Program-made: the position numbers and the translations under genes | Virus record (IMG/VR): IMGVR_UViG_3300036778_000017 | Span: 9,981 to 73,980 of that record | Length of the DNA stretch: 64,000 nt | Strand: one strand, 5' to 3' | Source: a virus | Lineage: Duplodnaviria > Caudoviricetes | Part shown: piece by piece, positions 27,909 through 37,261 of the stretch | Layout: every line of letters begins with the position of its first letter | Numbering within the stretch: the stretch's first letter is position 1 | The notes under the pieces: model-generated | Seen by the model: the letters and a program-made list of their open reading frames with translations, nothing else | Told to the model about the DNA's origin: nothing | The model's database searches: none

Positions 27909-28881
27909 GATACACTCCTCTTGGCTTGCCCTCCTTCAGGCGAACACGCTCGTACTTGTCGAACTCACAGAGCGTGTGCTCCACGTCACGCATCTCCCAG
28001 TCCGGCCACTCCTTCTTCGTCATGCCCATGGCCACGCGCATCCGGCTCCAGTGCTCGGCTCTGGAGCTCTCGTCCAGGATCACTACCATGTACTTCAGCA
28101 TCTCGTCGCGTCCGCTGAACTTCGCGGTCTTGTCGCGGCCCATCACGCGGTTCAGCCCCCGCTTGCACCCGGGACCGGGGGATGCCCACGTGTCGATGTC
28201 GTTCGCCTTGTTGAGCAGGAATGTGTGACGCAGGTCAGTCACGATCTCGTACGAGTGGAAGTTGCCGAAGTATGGCTGCTCGCGCAGCCACTCCCAAGCC
28301 CCCTCGAGACTGTACTCGTTTCTTCGTGGATTGTCGTTCAGCCAGTGCCGCCAGTCGCTCTTCCTCCAGAAGTTCTGCAGGACCCAGAGCACGCCGTCCA
28401 GCTTCGTCATGCCAGCCGGCGAGGAGATGATGTAGGCACCAGTCACGTACGGACCGCGCGGCGTTCTGCTCACCAGCGCGCGCTTCAGCGGCCTGACGTC
28501 GCCCCTCGCAGCGAACTCCTCGAAGGCGCCGAAACCCTTCTTGAGATCATTGTCCTGGAACATCGCAACGCCACTCTCGATCCTGTTCAGCATGCGAAAC
28601 ACGACGGTCGCGAGCAGAACGCGCTCGTCCTTGTTCCTGTGCAGCGGCCCGCGAACGTTGTCTGCGAACCACTTGGTTGTCTTGTCCAGCTCCCGGAAGA
28701 CGTTGGTGAACCGGAAGCGGTAAAGGATAGGATCATCAGTCTCCCACTGCGGTCGCAGTCGCTTGTAGAGATAGATCTGGTGACGGGCCTGCGCGTAGTT
28801 GAAGAAGCGACGCAGGCCCTCTCTCGGCAGCTTGATCTCCTTCACTTCTTCCTCCACGCACCGAGGTTCTGCCGACGCCAC
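27901..28881 (-). CDS. 5-hmU DNA kinase helical domain protein (aGPT-Pplase1 family)
   Basis: WETDDPILYRFRFTNVFRELDK..FGNFHSYEIVTDL..GPGCKRGL..DVEHTLCEFDKY. Confidence 0.85.
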   Translation of the reverse strand: MASAEPRCVEEEVKEIKLPREGLRRFFNYAQARHQIYLYKRLRPQWETDDPILYRFRFTNVFRELDKTTKWFADNVRGPLHRNKDERVLLATVVFRMLNRIESGVAMFQDNDLKKGFGAFEEFAARGDVRPLKRALVSRTPRGPYVTGAYIISSPAGMTKLDGVLWVLQNFWRKSDWRHWLNDNPRRNEYSLEGAWEWLREQPYFGNFHSYEIVTDLRHTFLLNKANDIDTWASPGPGCKRGLNRVMGRDKTAKFSGRDEMLKYMVVILDESSRAEHWSRMRVAMGMTKKEWPDWEMRDVEHTLCEFDKYERVRLKEGKPRGVYRA

Positions 28882-29138
28882 TCCTGCGCCCGACTGGCCA
28901 TGTCCCGAGCCTGATCGACCTGCGGCCTGTCAGTCAGTGGTCTCTCGCCCACGAGGATCTGGTACTCGCGGAAGTCTGCCCACTCCATCACGATCCTGTG
29001 GAACATTGGATCTCGACCGAGCAGCGTGAAGCGCGGCTCACCGGGCAGTGCCCGGTGATAACAGTCGTTGGGATCGATCTTCGCGGACATGATGTCCTCC
29101 TCCAGTTCGAGTTGAGCGAGTGGGTCATTTGGCATCAT
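28842..29138 (-). CDS. conserved phage hypothetical protein
   Basis: ALPGEPRFTLLGRDP..WA motif common in phages. Confidence 0.6.
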   Translation of the reverse strand: MMPNDPLAQLELEEDIMSAKIDPNDCYHRALPGEPRFTLLGRDPMFHRIVMEWADFREYQILVGERPLTDRPQVDQARDMASRAQEWRRQNLGAWRKK

Positions 29139-29659
29139 GCTGATGCCTTGTGTCTGATGATCTCCATTCTGGCCCACGCCAGCCAAGAGTCAACGATGAT
29201 CGACATCAGACCTCGAACACCGTCCGGCAGTTCTCCCATAGGGGTCTTTTGTCCATCGAGTAATTCCTCCAGGAACTCCTCAACTTTCTGGGGAGTTGTC
29301 TTCATCTTGAACCTCGGATCAACGAAGTTCCAATCTGAGTTCATGATGATTTCTACACACTCCTGGACATTTTTCCCGTCTCGTATGTTTATCACACGCT
29401 CCCTATCTGCCTCCAGCTTTGTAACCTGACCAGATGGTCGTGATGGCTTCGGCTTCTTGTCTGTGGATGGCAAAGAGGACTTGGATAGTGGGAGCTCGTC
29501 ACGAAACAACGACCTGATGAAATCCCGCATGGATGTGCCGCCCTCCTGCTCGTTTATCCTCCGCTGAAGCTCGAAGGACGACTCTGCATTGCGATTATAG
29601 ATTAGGCGGTGAAGAAGTGTCATCGCGTCGATCTCGGTTATCTTTTCTTTTCTGGTCAT
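29135..29659 (-). CDS. hypothetical protein in an AT-richer segment
   Basis: 174 aa; visibly more A/T-ending codons than its neighbours. Confidence 0.65.
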   Translation of the reverse strand: MTRKEKITEIDAMTLLHRLIYNRNAESSFELQRRINEQEGGTSMRDFIRSLFRDELPLSKSSLPSTDKKPKPSRPSGQVTKLEADRERVINIRDGKNVQECVEIIMNSDWNFVDPRFKMKTTPQKVEEFLEELLDGQKTPMGELPDGVRGLMSIIVDSWLAWARMEIIRHKASA

Positions 29660-29737
29660 GTATATAGTCTCCTGTTTGATGGACGATGATTGATGATTGA
29701 TGTAGTCCTAGACTTTCTCGTTATTCCACCTCCTTTT

Positions 29738-30211
29738 CTATCCGAGCGGCCCGAGTACCAAGAAGTGAGTTGGATGAACCTCGATCTCGTACCACTCGTC
29801 GTTCGTCATCGACCACTTCCCAGCGAGGAAGCAGCCTCCAACTTCCTTCGAGTGCGGGCTGTCGCCAGCACCATCCTGCCAGTACCCCATCCCGTATCCC
29901 TCCGTGTTGCAGTCGAGGTCCACGAGCTCTGGGGCCTGCAGAAACAACTCTGCCTGATACTTGTCGCGGAGTTCCTCGATGGGATGCCACGGCAGGATGT
30001 CCGGCTTGTTGCCCTTCATCTCCGAGACAGCCATCTCGAATAGTCTCTGGTGATCAGGCCCAACGAGCTCGTCGGGGACACCGCCGAAGTGCAGGATCAC
30101 CTGACGCCATGTCGTGTCGAGCGCGCGACGGTACACGTTGTTCAGCGGGCGGTTCTGGACCTCCGCCCGCCAGCGCTCGACGGCCCAGATCAAGTGGACG
30201 CTTGTCGTCAT
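29738..30211 (-). CDS. hypothetical protein
   Basis: ATGA overlap with the exonuclease gene. Confidence 0.6.
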   Translation of the reverse strand: MTTSVHLIWAVERWRAEVQNRPLNNVYRRALDTTWRQVILHFGGVPDELVGPDHQRLFEMAVSEMKGNKPDILPWHPIEELRDKYQAELFLQAPELVDLDCNTEGYGMGYWQDGAGDSPHSKEVGGCFLAGKWSMTNDEWYEIEVHPTHFLVLGPLG

Positions 30212-30747
30212 ACCAAGTTACCTCTCAGTTTCTTGTGGCCCATGCTCACGCACAGTACCTGATGCTTGCAGTCGGCAAGCGCGTTGTGATACGTTCCCTG
30301 TCGCTTGATCGAGAACGTGTTGAGGCCGGACACTCGATAGATCGTGCGCGTGTCCTGCGCCTCGTGGAAACGCCACGGCTGTTTCTTCCCCAGCGCTCGA
30401 TAAACCCAGGACAGAAGTGGCTCGTCGAAGTTCGCGCCCTGCGACCAGAACCATCGACCACCGCGACCGAAGAACACCGCGAACTTCTCGACGACCTCCT
30501 CGATGGGTAGCTGTCCCTCGGACAACTGCTTGTTCGCGAGCGCGTGCTCCGGCTTGGCCCAGAATGCCACTGTGCCCTCCTCCTTGTACATCTTCAGCTT
30601 CTTGCACGAGGTCTCCGTGATGTTGCAGTAGAACTCGTCGCCCAGCTGCCCTGTCTCCGGATCGAAGAACACGGCACCGAGGCTGCGGATCATGGAGCCC
30701 GGCGAGGTGCCCCACGTCTCGAGATCTACCATTACGTCGTTCAGCAT
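30208..30747 (-). CDS. DEDDh 3'-5' exonuclease (Rv2179c-like)
   Basis: VMVDLET, WSQGANFD, DTRT, HNALADC. Confidence 0.9.
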   Translation of the reverse strand: MLNDVMVDLETWGTSPGSMIRSLGAVFFDPETGQLGDEFYCNITETSCKKLKMYKEEGTVAFWAKPEHALANKQLSEGQLPIEEVVEKFAVFFGRGGRWFWSQGANFDEPLLSWVYRALGKKQPWRFHEAQDTRTIYRVSGLNTFSIKRQGTYHNALADCKHQVLCVSMGHKKLRGNLV

Positions 30748-30760
30748 TTCGTTCTCCTGT

Positions 30761-32329
30761 TCAGACCCACTGACACTCGTTCTCGGTCTGTGATGCCACT
30801 ATGGTTAGACGCTGTCGCGCCCGGGTTACTCCGACGTACCAGACTCGCCTCTCGTCGTCGGGGTTCTTGTCGACCTCCTTCGCCGTGCGGTACGCCATCT
30901 CTGTCATGAGAACGACGTGGTCCGCCTCAGCGCCCTTGGCCGAGTGAATGGTGGACAAGCGCACGCGAGGCGCATGCCGCAGTTTCTCACCGCGTCGCCG
31001 CGCGGCGAGCAGATAGCTCATGTCGGCGCCGGGCAGCCGGTCCAGCGCCTCGTGCCAGATCTTGTTCGGCGTCATGAGAAGGCCGCCGTAGTTGATCAGG
31101 TCCTTCATGGAGATCGCGAGCTCCTCGTCATCGCCGAAACCCTGAAGCCCCTTGTATCCGTGCTTCACCTGCACCGTGTCGCCGACCTTCGGGCTGATCA
31201 TGCTGTACATCGCGCGGGCGTCTCCGAGAAGCACGTGCTTCCCGGCTCGCAACCTCTCCCACGTCTCGGCTGCCCGCAGCGCGTTCATGGGTATCGAGCT
31301 CTTGCCGTTCATCTCATACACAATCCCCCGCTCGCGCATGATCGGCTCGACCTGTTCTCGAAGAATGTACTGGTTTCTGGCGAGCACCAGAACGGGGGCC
31401 GTCGGGGAGTCGTCGCGCCACTTGTCGTTGACGTCTGCGTCGTCGATCTCGGCCACGCGCTCGATGGTTCCCTTCCCCTTGCGGGCCGCCCACTCCTTCT
31501 CTCTGCGATGCCGCAGTCCCATGATGATGCCGGCCGACACGCGCTGTATCTCCTTCGGGCATCGCCATGACTGCCCGAGTACTGACACCGTGCCGTCCAT
31601 GCTCACGAACGTCTCGATGTCGGCACCAGCCCATCGGTAGATGGCCTGATCATCGTCGCCGGCCACCACCACGCGCCTGACACCGTCCGCCAGCTGGAAG
31701 ATCACGCGCCACTGAAGATGTGATAGATCCTGCGCCTCGTCGACGAGGAGCACGTCTAGGTTGAGCCTGATGCCGGACGCCACGAACTTGCTGAGCATGT
31801 CCGTGTAGTCTATCAGCGCCTTGTCCTTCTTGTAGATGGCCAGCGCCCTCGACACTCGGTCAACCTCGACCCAAGGCAGACCGTCGTCGTCCTCGTCGTA
31901 CAGGGCGCGGAGCGGTATGCCGCGGATACGCGACAGGTTCTCCATGAACAGAATGCGATCCCCGAGCTCGAAGTTCGACATGATGCCGTCGTTGGACCAA
32001 GCCCGACCCGTCACCTCGACGCCCGCGAACTCTGCGAACTCGTTGAGGGCAGGCCCAGCCAGAACCTGAGCCGATCTCAGGCCCAGCTGGCGAAAGCACA
32101 TGCTGTGAATGGTCTGGAAGTAGGGCAGGTCGTCCTTCTCCAGACCGAAGCGCTTCATGGCTCGCGTCCGAGCCTCCTCCGCTGCGCGCTGAGTGAAGGA
32201 GACGTAGCCGATACGGTTCGGCTTCGTCCCCCTCGCCAACTCCTCGTCGAGGATGTTCAGCAGCGTCGTCGTCTTTCCGGTGCCTGGAGGCCCGAGGACG
32301 ATGTCTGGGAAGAACTCACTCACGCGCAC
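30761..32329 (-). CDS. UvrD/Rep-family SF1 helicase
   Basis: GPPGTGKT, TIHS, VDEAQD, GDDDQAIYRWAGA, STIHSAKGAEAD, YVGVTRA. Confidence 0.95.
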   Translation of the reverse strand: MRVSEFFPDIVLGPPGTGKTTTLLNILDEELARGTKPNRIGYVSFTQRAAEEARTRAMKRFGLEKDDLPYFQTIHSMCFRQLGLRSAQVLAGPALNEFAEFAGVEVTGRAWSNDGIMSNFELGDRILFMENLSRIRGIPLRALYDEDDDGLPWVEVDRVSRALAIYKKDKALIDYTDMLSKFVASGIRLNLDVLLVDEAQDLSHLQWRVIFQLADGVRRVVVAGDDDQAIYRWAGADIETFVSMDGTVSVLGQSWRCPKEIQRVSAGIIMGLRHRREKEWAARKGKGTIERVAEIDDADVNDKWRDDSPTAPVLVLARNQYILREQVEPIMRERGIVYEMNGKSSIPMNALRAAETWERLRAGKHVLLGDARAMYSMISPKVGDTVQVKHGYKGLQGFGDDEELAISMKDLINYGGLLMTPNKIWHEALDRLPGADMSYLLAARRRGEKLRHAPRVRLSTIHSAKGAEADHVVLMTEMAYRTAKEVDKNPDDERRVWYVGVTRARQRLTIVASQTENECQWV

Positions 32330-32762
32330 CGCCCCACGCCTTGCCCCAGTCTGCCGTCTGCACGCCCATGTCTGCGAGCACGATCCCCTCGTTCGGGATC
32401 ACCTGAACCGCGCGGTCGTCCCAGATGGAGTGAGCACGCCAGTCCTTCCAGCACTGAGCCCGAAGGCGCTGACCGATGTACTTCTCCGTGAGGTTCGCGA
32501 GTGCGAACTTCATGTCGATGCCGGTGAAGGCCTCTCCAGTGACCTTGCACGTCTGGACCTCTCCGTCGTTCAGTGGCACCCGAGCCGTGAACAGGCGAAC
32601 CTCGATCCCGGCCTGGAGCCAGCGCTGCACGCGCTGGATCATGGGCTGGATAGGATCACCGAACTGATCCCACTTGACCCACTCAGTGTAGGTGAACAGC
32701 GTGCCGTCCACGTCAACGAGGATGTACTCGCCCTCCTTGACATCTGGTAGTATCTCAGCCAT
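32316..32762 (-). CDS. HAD-superfamily phosphatase (PNKP/nucleotidase-like)
   Basis: ILVDVDGTL; LFTAR; IWDDRA. Confidence 0.85.
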   Translation of the reverse strand: MAEILPDVKEGEYILVDVDGTLFTYTEWVKWDQFGDPIQPMIQRVQRWLQAGIEVRLFTARVPLNDGEVQTCKVTGEAFTGIDMKFALANLTEKYIGQRLRAQCWKDWRAHSIWDDRAVQVIPNEGIVLADMGVQTADWGKAWGGARE

Positions 32763-32973
32763 GCTTCTTCCTCTCTGCGATGATTGCCTGCACCAGCGGA
32801 CACTCCACCAGCCTCACGGCCCTCGTTCTCGCGCACAGATCCGTGATGGTCCTGCGCGCATACTCCTCGGCCTCTCGATGAACCTGCTCCATCGAGGACT
32901 GGTCCGTCCAGTTCTCCAGCGCGATGTCGAGCTCGACGGTCACCTGAACCTTCGCCCTCACAGATGTCACCAT
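32755..32973 (-). CDS. hypothetical protein
   Basis: coupled small ORF. Confidence 0.55.
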   Translation of the reverse strand: MVTSVRAKVQVTVELDIALENWTDQSSMEQVHREAEEYARRTITDLCARTRAVRLVECPLVQAIIAERKKHG

Positions 32974-33434
32974 GTCATGAGCCTCCTTATGTCACCCGTG
33001 GTGTGAATGGTCACCTCCAGCGGGCGCGGGTCCAGCGCCATCGGCAGAAGCCAGTTGAGATTGCCGATCTGCGGAAACTTCTGGTTCCGCGGGTCGCACC
33101 ACTCCAGCGTCTCGTTGCTGTCATTGATCGTCGGCGCGATGTACGACCCCGTGATGGTGCACCTGAAGAAGTACACGCGATAGCCCGGGCCGTTCTCGAT
33201 CGCGAACAGATCCCACTTGTCCGTGTTCAGCTGTGCCTCCTCGTCGAACTCCCGCCTCATGGCATCGTACGCCGTCTCGCCCGGCTCCATCTGACCGCCG
33301 ATGGCGTTCATGAAGCCCTTCTGCCACGACGGTTGCTCCTTGCGCACGAGCAGGACCATGTCGCGATAGAGCAGAAAGCCCGCCACGTACTGGCGGAAGC
33401 CCTCCTCGCCCTCCTTGGGATGCTTCTTTGTCAC
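32967..33434 (-). CDS. NUDIX hydrolase
   Basis: Nudix box GGQMEPGETAYDAMRREFDEEAQL. Confidence 0.92.
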   Translation of the reverse strand: MTKKHPKEGEEGFRQYVAGFLLYRDMVLLVRKEQPSWQKGFMNAIGGQMEPGETAYDAMRREFDEEAQLNTDKWDLFAIENGPGYRVYFFRCTITGSYIAPTINDSNETLEWCDPRNQKFPQIGNLNWLLPMALDPRPLEVTIHTTGDIRRLMTW

Positions 33435-33892
33435 TGCTGCCTCCTGTGATAAGTGTCATCCATCATCGAGACGCCCGGAAGCCGGTCGTCAACGATATCC
33501 GTGTTAACGACGCCCGGCCGGGGCTGATTGACCACGGGCCGCAGGACTGGACGAGCCGGAGGCTCGGGCGGCGAGGCCTGAGTCTCCGGCTCCCGAAGCT
33601 GTGCCTCTACCCGCTCAGGCGCAGCCTCGTGTCTGGTCGACTTCTGCCGTCGATAGCGCTGGATACCCATCGACAACTGCGTCGCAGTCTGCTCGAGAAG
33701 CGTTCCGAGTGCAACTGCCTCCGCGCTTCTCTCCTCGTACGCCAGCCGTAGCTCGGCGTTCTGTCTCCTCATGATCTCGAGCTCGCCGTCCTTACGCTCG
33801 GACAACATCTTCACTAGCTCTAGTTCCTGCCGCGTCGTCTGTAACTCAGACGCGAGCTCGTGAACCTCGTCTCCTAGAAATGTCTTAGACAT
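33431..33892 (-). CDS. coiled-coil hypothetical protein
   Basis: heptad-like helix; start refined to MSKTFLG. Confidence 0.6.
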   Translation of the reverse strand: MSKTFLGDEVHELASELQTTRQELELVKMLSERKDGELEIMRRQNAELRLAYEERSAEAVALGTLLEQTATQLSMGIQRYRRQKSTRHEAAPERVEAQLREPETQASPPEPPARPVLRPVVNQPRPGVVNTDIVDDRLPGVSMMDDTYHRRQQ

Positions 33893-33908
33893 ACCACAAG
33901 TCTCCTTC

Positions 33909-35531
33909 TCAGATTGGCCGCTCCTTCGGAGTCGGCGCGCTAACCTCCGGCATGGCCTGAACCACGTCCGAAGGAACCCAGTGAACATGGACTGTTCGCT
34001 TCTTGATCTCCATGGTCTCGAAGTCACCGCCCAGCTTGTCTATCATGTTGACCAGCTGCGGCTTGGTCAGCCCCTTCATGCCCTCTCGCTCCACGAACTT
34101 GTGCAGCTTGGACATGACGAAGTAGTGTCGCTTATTCTCCGTGTCCTCCCACGGAGCGCCGCGCAACAGGTCCTCGAGTTTCTCACCGCGCTGCCTGTTC
34201 GTCAGGAACGTCTCGAGCAATTCGTGGAACTCACCCTCGCGGCCCACGTCCTTCGATACCTCGATGACCTCCGTCATCTTGGACATCGCCTCCTGTATCA
34301 CCATCAGCCACTCCCCCTGAGGAATGATGCCGAATGGGTTGTGCAGCACGTTCACCAGAAGCTTCTGGAAACGATCCCACCGCACGAGGTCATCAGTGCT
34401 GCACTCCACGTGCGCTCCCTCGACCTCCACGAACCAGATCGGCGGGTCACTGTCCATCTTCTTGATGGAGGTGATGACGGGCAGCACGGCCCCGCTTCCA
34501 CCGGACACGCCGAACTTGCGCTTGCGGCACAGGATGCTGTCGCAGTACGACCGCATCGGCTCGTCCTTGCACTTGTACTGATAGTCCTTCTTGCGAAGGC
34601 TCTTGATGATGCTGTTGACGTTCTCCTGCGGATGGACCGGGACGCAGTACAGCGCGTTCGCTCTCTCGAGCTCCTGCTCCCATTCGTCCGGAAACTTCTT
34701 CTTGAAGTACACGCCCATGTGAAAGAGCGTGTTGTTCTGTCCTCCCTGCTTGATGCCCTCCGCGATCAGATGCACGAGGCACGGCGGCCCGTCGCCAAAC
34801 GGCACCGTCGGGTCATCGTGCTTCGACCCCCGCTTGCCCCGCTTCGATCCCTTTCCAGGGAGCGCAGAGCCGGGGGCCGCGCGAAGGTTTCGCGTCTGGA
34901 GCTCGTCGATCTGGGATGGCGACTGCTTTGCCTTCTCCGCGACACGCACGAACTCCGGTAGTCCAATCTCACTGCCGTTCTTGCGGAGGCCCACCTGCCT
35001 CTCGATCTTGCCTCCGTACGTGTCGCCGTAGTACGGCATTATCATCCACGATCCCTGATCTCCTCGGTCAGTTAGGAGCGTGGCCTGCTTCGGGAATATC
35101 TCGCTGCCCGCTATCCCGAGCGCGGCCGCGAGGTCCCGGAGCAGATCCTGCACCACCTTGGCAGGCGTCACCTCCGCACAGAAGAAGAACAGATGCAGTC
35201 CGCCGGACTTCGAGCGGCACGGCACCAGCGGAAGCTTGAGAGCCTCGACCTTCTTGATCAGGTCCGTGAGGTCCTGCCCATATACGTCGTAGTCGATGCT
35301 CCCCCAGACTGTGCTGTTGTCCGTTCGTATGGGAACGATGCCGAGAGGCTTCTTGCCCGCGACGTGCTGCTCCCAGTGCTTCTCTGTCGTCGCACCCTTC
35401 AGCGTTCTCGCCGAGGGCTTGATGACCCACTTGAGGCTCTCCCCTGTCGGATCGCGCACTGGAGTTCCGTGCGTGCCGTAGTGCGTGTCGTTGCCCTCGA
35501 ACAACGCCGCAAGTCTCTGCATTGGTGTCAT
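33909..35531 (-). CDS. archaeo-eukaryotic primase (AEP) with PriCT domain
   Basis: WGSIDYD, SKSGGLHLFFF, GGQNNTLFHMGVYFKK; CKDEP..CDSILC Cys cluster. Confidence 0.85.
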   Translation of the reverse strand: MTPMQRLAALFEGNDTHYGTHGTPVRDPTGESLKWVIKPSARTLKGATTEKHWEQHVAGKKPLGIVPIRTDNSTVWGSIDYDVYGQDLTDLIKKVEALKLPLVPCRSKSGGLHLFFFCAEVTPAKVVQDLLRDLAAALGIAGSEIFPKQATLLTDRGDQGSWMIMPYYGDTYGGKIERQVGLRKNGSEIGLPEFVRVAEKAKQSPSQIDELQTRNLRAAPGSALPGKGSKRGKRGSKHDDPTVPFGDGPPCLVHLIAEGIKQGGQNNTLFHMGVYFKKKFPDEWEQELERANALYCVPVHPQENVNSIIKSLRKKDYQYKCKDEPMRSYCDSILCRKRKFGVSGGSGAVLPVITSIKKMDSDPPIWFVEVEGAHVECSTDDLVRWDRFQKLLVNVLHNPFGIIPQGEWLMVIQEAMSKMTEVIEVSKDVGREGEFHELLETFLTNRQRGEKLEDLLRGAPWEDTENKRHYFVMSKLHKFVEREGMKGLTKPQLVNMIDKLGGDFETMEIKKRTVHVHWVPSDVVQAMPEVSAPTPKERPI

Positions 35532-35559
35532 TGTTCAGTCCACAAGTCCGAGAGAAAGT

Positions 35560-35583
35560 GGGACCGCCCCGAGGGGCGGCCCC
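35560..35583 (-). terminator. intrinsic terminator-like hairpin
   Basis: 10-bp stem with G-U on the minus strand, CUCG loop, ACUUUCUCU tail; shares gggaccgccccga with the 7942 hairpin. Confidence 0.7.
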
Positions 35584-35595
35584 GGATAGTGTCGC

Positions 35596-36498
35596 TCAGA
35601 CGTGCTCGCTGTCGCGCTGCCCCTTGGCGTTGCTGCCCTGAACATCGCTGCCCTCGTCCACCTGATCACCCGTCATCTGGTCAGACTTGAGGATGCCCTT
35701 GGTGAAGTCGGACTCGATCTGCCGCGCCATGCGGTAGACCGCCGGATCGGTGAGCATCGTCGGCTCGCCTCCCTCATCGTCCACGTTCCACATGAACCAG
35801 TCGCCCTGATCGTTGGTGCGGAACTGAAGCTTCATGCGATACAGATAGCCGTAGCTTGGCGACTTCATGTCGGTACCCGGAACGCGCTTCCGGTTCATGA
35901 GAGTCATCCACGCGCGGCTGGCACCGTGGCCGCTGCCCGACATCGGAATGACGAACGGCAGTGGCGCGTCGAACTCGTCCAGCACGATCACGACGTGCTC
36001 GCGGGTCTCGACCACCGAGTTGCCGTTCTTGCGACGCCAGCCCTTCTTCTTGGGGTTCTGCGGGTCGGTCCAGATGAAAGCGTCGCCGGGCTTCTCGTCG
36101 TGACGGGCGACGAAGCCGCCGCGGTCAGGAAGCCACTCGATCCAGCACTTGGAGAAGTAGGCCGGAACCACGAGGATGCCGTCGTCACCAGAGACGACCT
36201 GCTGAGTGCCGCGGAACCAGATAGATCCGGCCTCCGCACCCTCCACGTAGCTGTCGCCCTTCTTCTGCACCTGCGGACTGTTCGACTGCAGGATGTAGAT
36301 GAGCGGTACGATGTTGTCCTCGACGGCAGTGGAGACGCCCTTTCCTGCGTCCGCCGCCATCATCTTGGTCATCTCCTCCATGGCGGCCGCGTCCGCGACT
36401 GCCCTGCCCTTGTCCGACGTAGTCTGCACCGCCCGTGACTTGGGCGGCGGAGGAGCGGACGCCCGCCCCTTGTTGCTGCTCGTCGCTTGCTTCGCCAT
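35596..36498 (-). CDS. putative ssDNA-binding/annealing protein
   Basis: IVPLIYILQSNSPQV pattern, acidic C-tail, position before the primase; start refined to MAKQAT. Confidence 0.55.
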   Translation of the reverse strand: MAKQATSSNKGRASAPPPPKSRAVQTTSDKGRAVADAAAMEEMTKMMAADAGKGVSTAVEDNIVPLIYILQSNSPQVQKKGDSYVEGAEAGSIWFRGTQQVVSGDDGILVVPAYFSKCWIEWLPDRGGFVARHDEKPGDAFIWTDPQNPKKKGWRRKNGNSVVETREHVVIVLDEFDAPLPFVIPMSGSGHGASRAWMTLMNRKRVPGTDMKSPSYGYLYRMKLQFRTNDQGDWFMWNVDDEGGEPTMLTDPAVYRMARQIESDFTKGILKSDQMTGDQVDEGSDVQGSNAKGQRDSEHV

Positions 36499-37157
36499 CA
36501 CTTCTTTCCTTTCGTGGTTGTCTTCAGACCCTTCTGTGCCTTCTCGGCCTTGGTCTCCTTCTGCCGAACGACCTGTACGCGCCGCTCGACAGTCGCACCT
36601 AGCAGATCGAGGCGAGGCGATTTCTTCTTCACCTCGATCTGGTTCTTCAGCCACGCCGTCAGAGTGTTCCACGGCACGCCGAAACTTGATGAGTAGCTGA
36701 ACTTCTTGGAAGTCAGCAGCTTCTCGAACTCCTGTCGCCTCTTGGTGTCCTTCAGTCCGAACTGAACCTCGAACGTTGTCTTGAGCAGGTCCGGGTCCTG
36801 CTTCTGGATGTACTGAATGGACTTGTTGTAGTTCTCGACCTTCGGGTCAGCTGGCGTCCCGATGTTCGCCTTGTAGTACCAGCCCACGACAGTCTCGTAC
36901 GGGGGCTCGTTGCCCTCGCCGCTGATGCCGATGTTGTCGACCTTGGCCTGATCGAACAGATCGACCAGTGTCTTGGTCTTCATCTCGTTGATCATGGTGC
37001 CGTTCACCGCCAGATCTTCCTCAAGCTTCTCGCGCTGCTTCTCGAGCTTCCTGAGTTCTGCGACGCCCTGCCGAAGTCTGTCAAGCTTGTCCTTCGGTGG
37101 TGGTTTCTGTGAGTCCTCTCGCATCATCTCGAGAACTGCGCTGCTCGCCTTCGCCAT
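36498..37157 (-). CDS. conserved phage replication-module protein
   Basis: 219 aa; first gene of the leftward replication operon. Confidence 0.7.
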   Translation of the reverse strand: MAKASSAVLEMMREDSQKPPPKDKLDRLRQGVAELRKLEKQREKLEEDLAVNGTMINEMKTKTLVDLFDQAKVDNIGISGEGNEPPYETVVGWYYKANIGTPADPKVENYNKSIQYIQKQDPDLLKTTFEVQFGLKDTKRRQEFEKLLTSKKFSYSSSFGVPWNTLTAWLKNQIEVKKKSPRLDLLGATVERRVQVVRQKETKAEKAQKGLKTTTKGKK

Positions 37158-37252
37158 GCTGTGATCTCCACAAGTACCTGCCGAGGGTTAGCGTGGCAGG
37201 GGTTACAAGCATGGCACGGGCCGTGTTCCGTTACCATGGGGTTACTTTGGAC

Positions 37253-37261
37253 TGTGCATAA
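37253..37261 (-). promoter_or_regulatory. DnaA box (TGTGCATAA); a second near-match CTGTTCATAACTTT lies at 37426-37439
   Basis: fits TTWTNCACA, centred in a ctttggac/gtccaaag inverted repeat, in the divergent intergenic region. Confidence 0.55.

Noticed and set aside
27598-28914. Long + strand ORFs antisense to real genes (also 33981-34961, 35602-36438, 47723-48883, 60582-61805, 62303-63820)
   Set aside because: Shadow frames expected from high-GC codon bias; no motifs or RBS, and they fully overlap well-supported genes.
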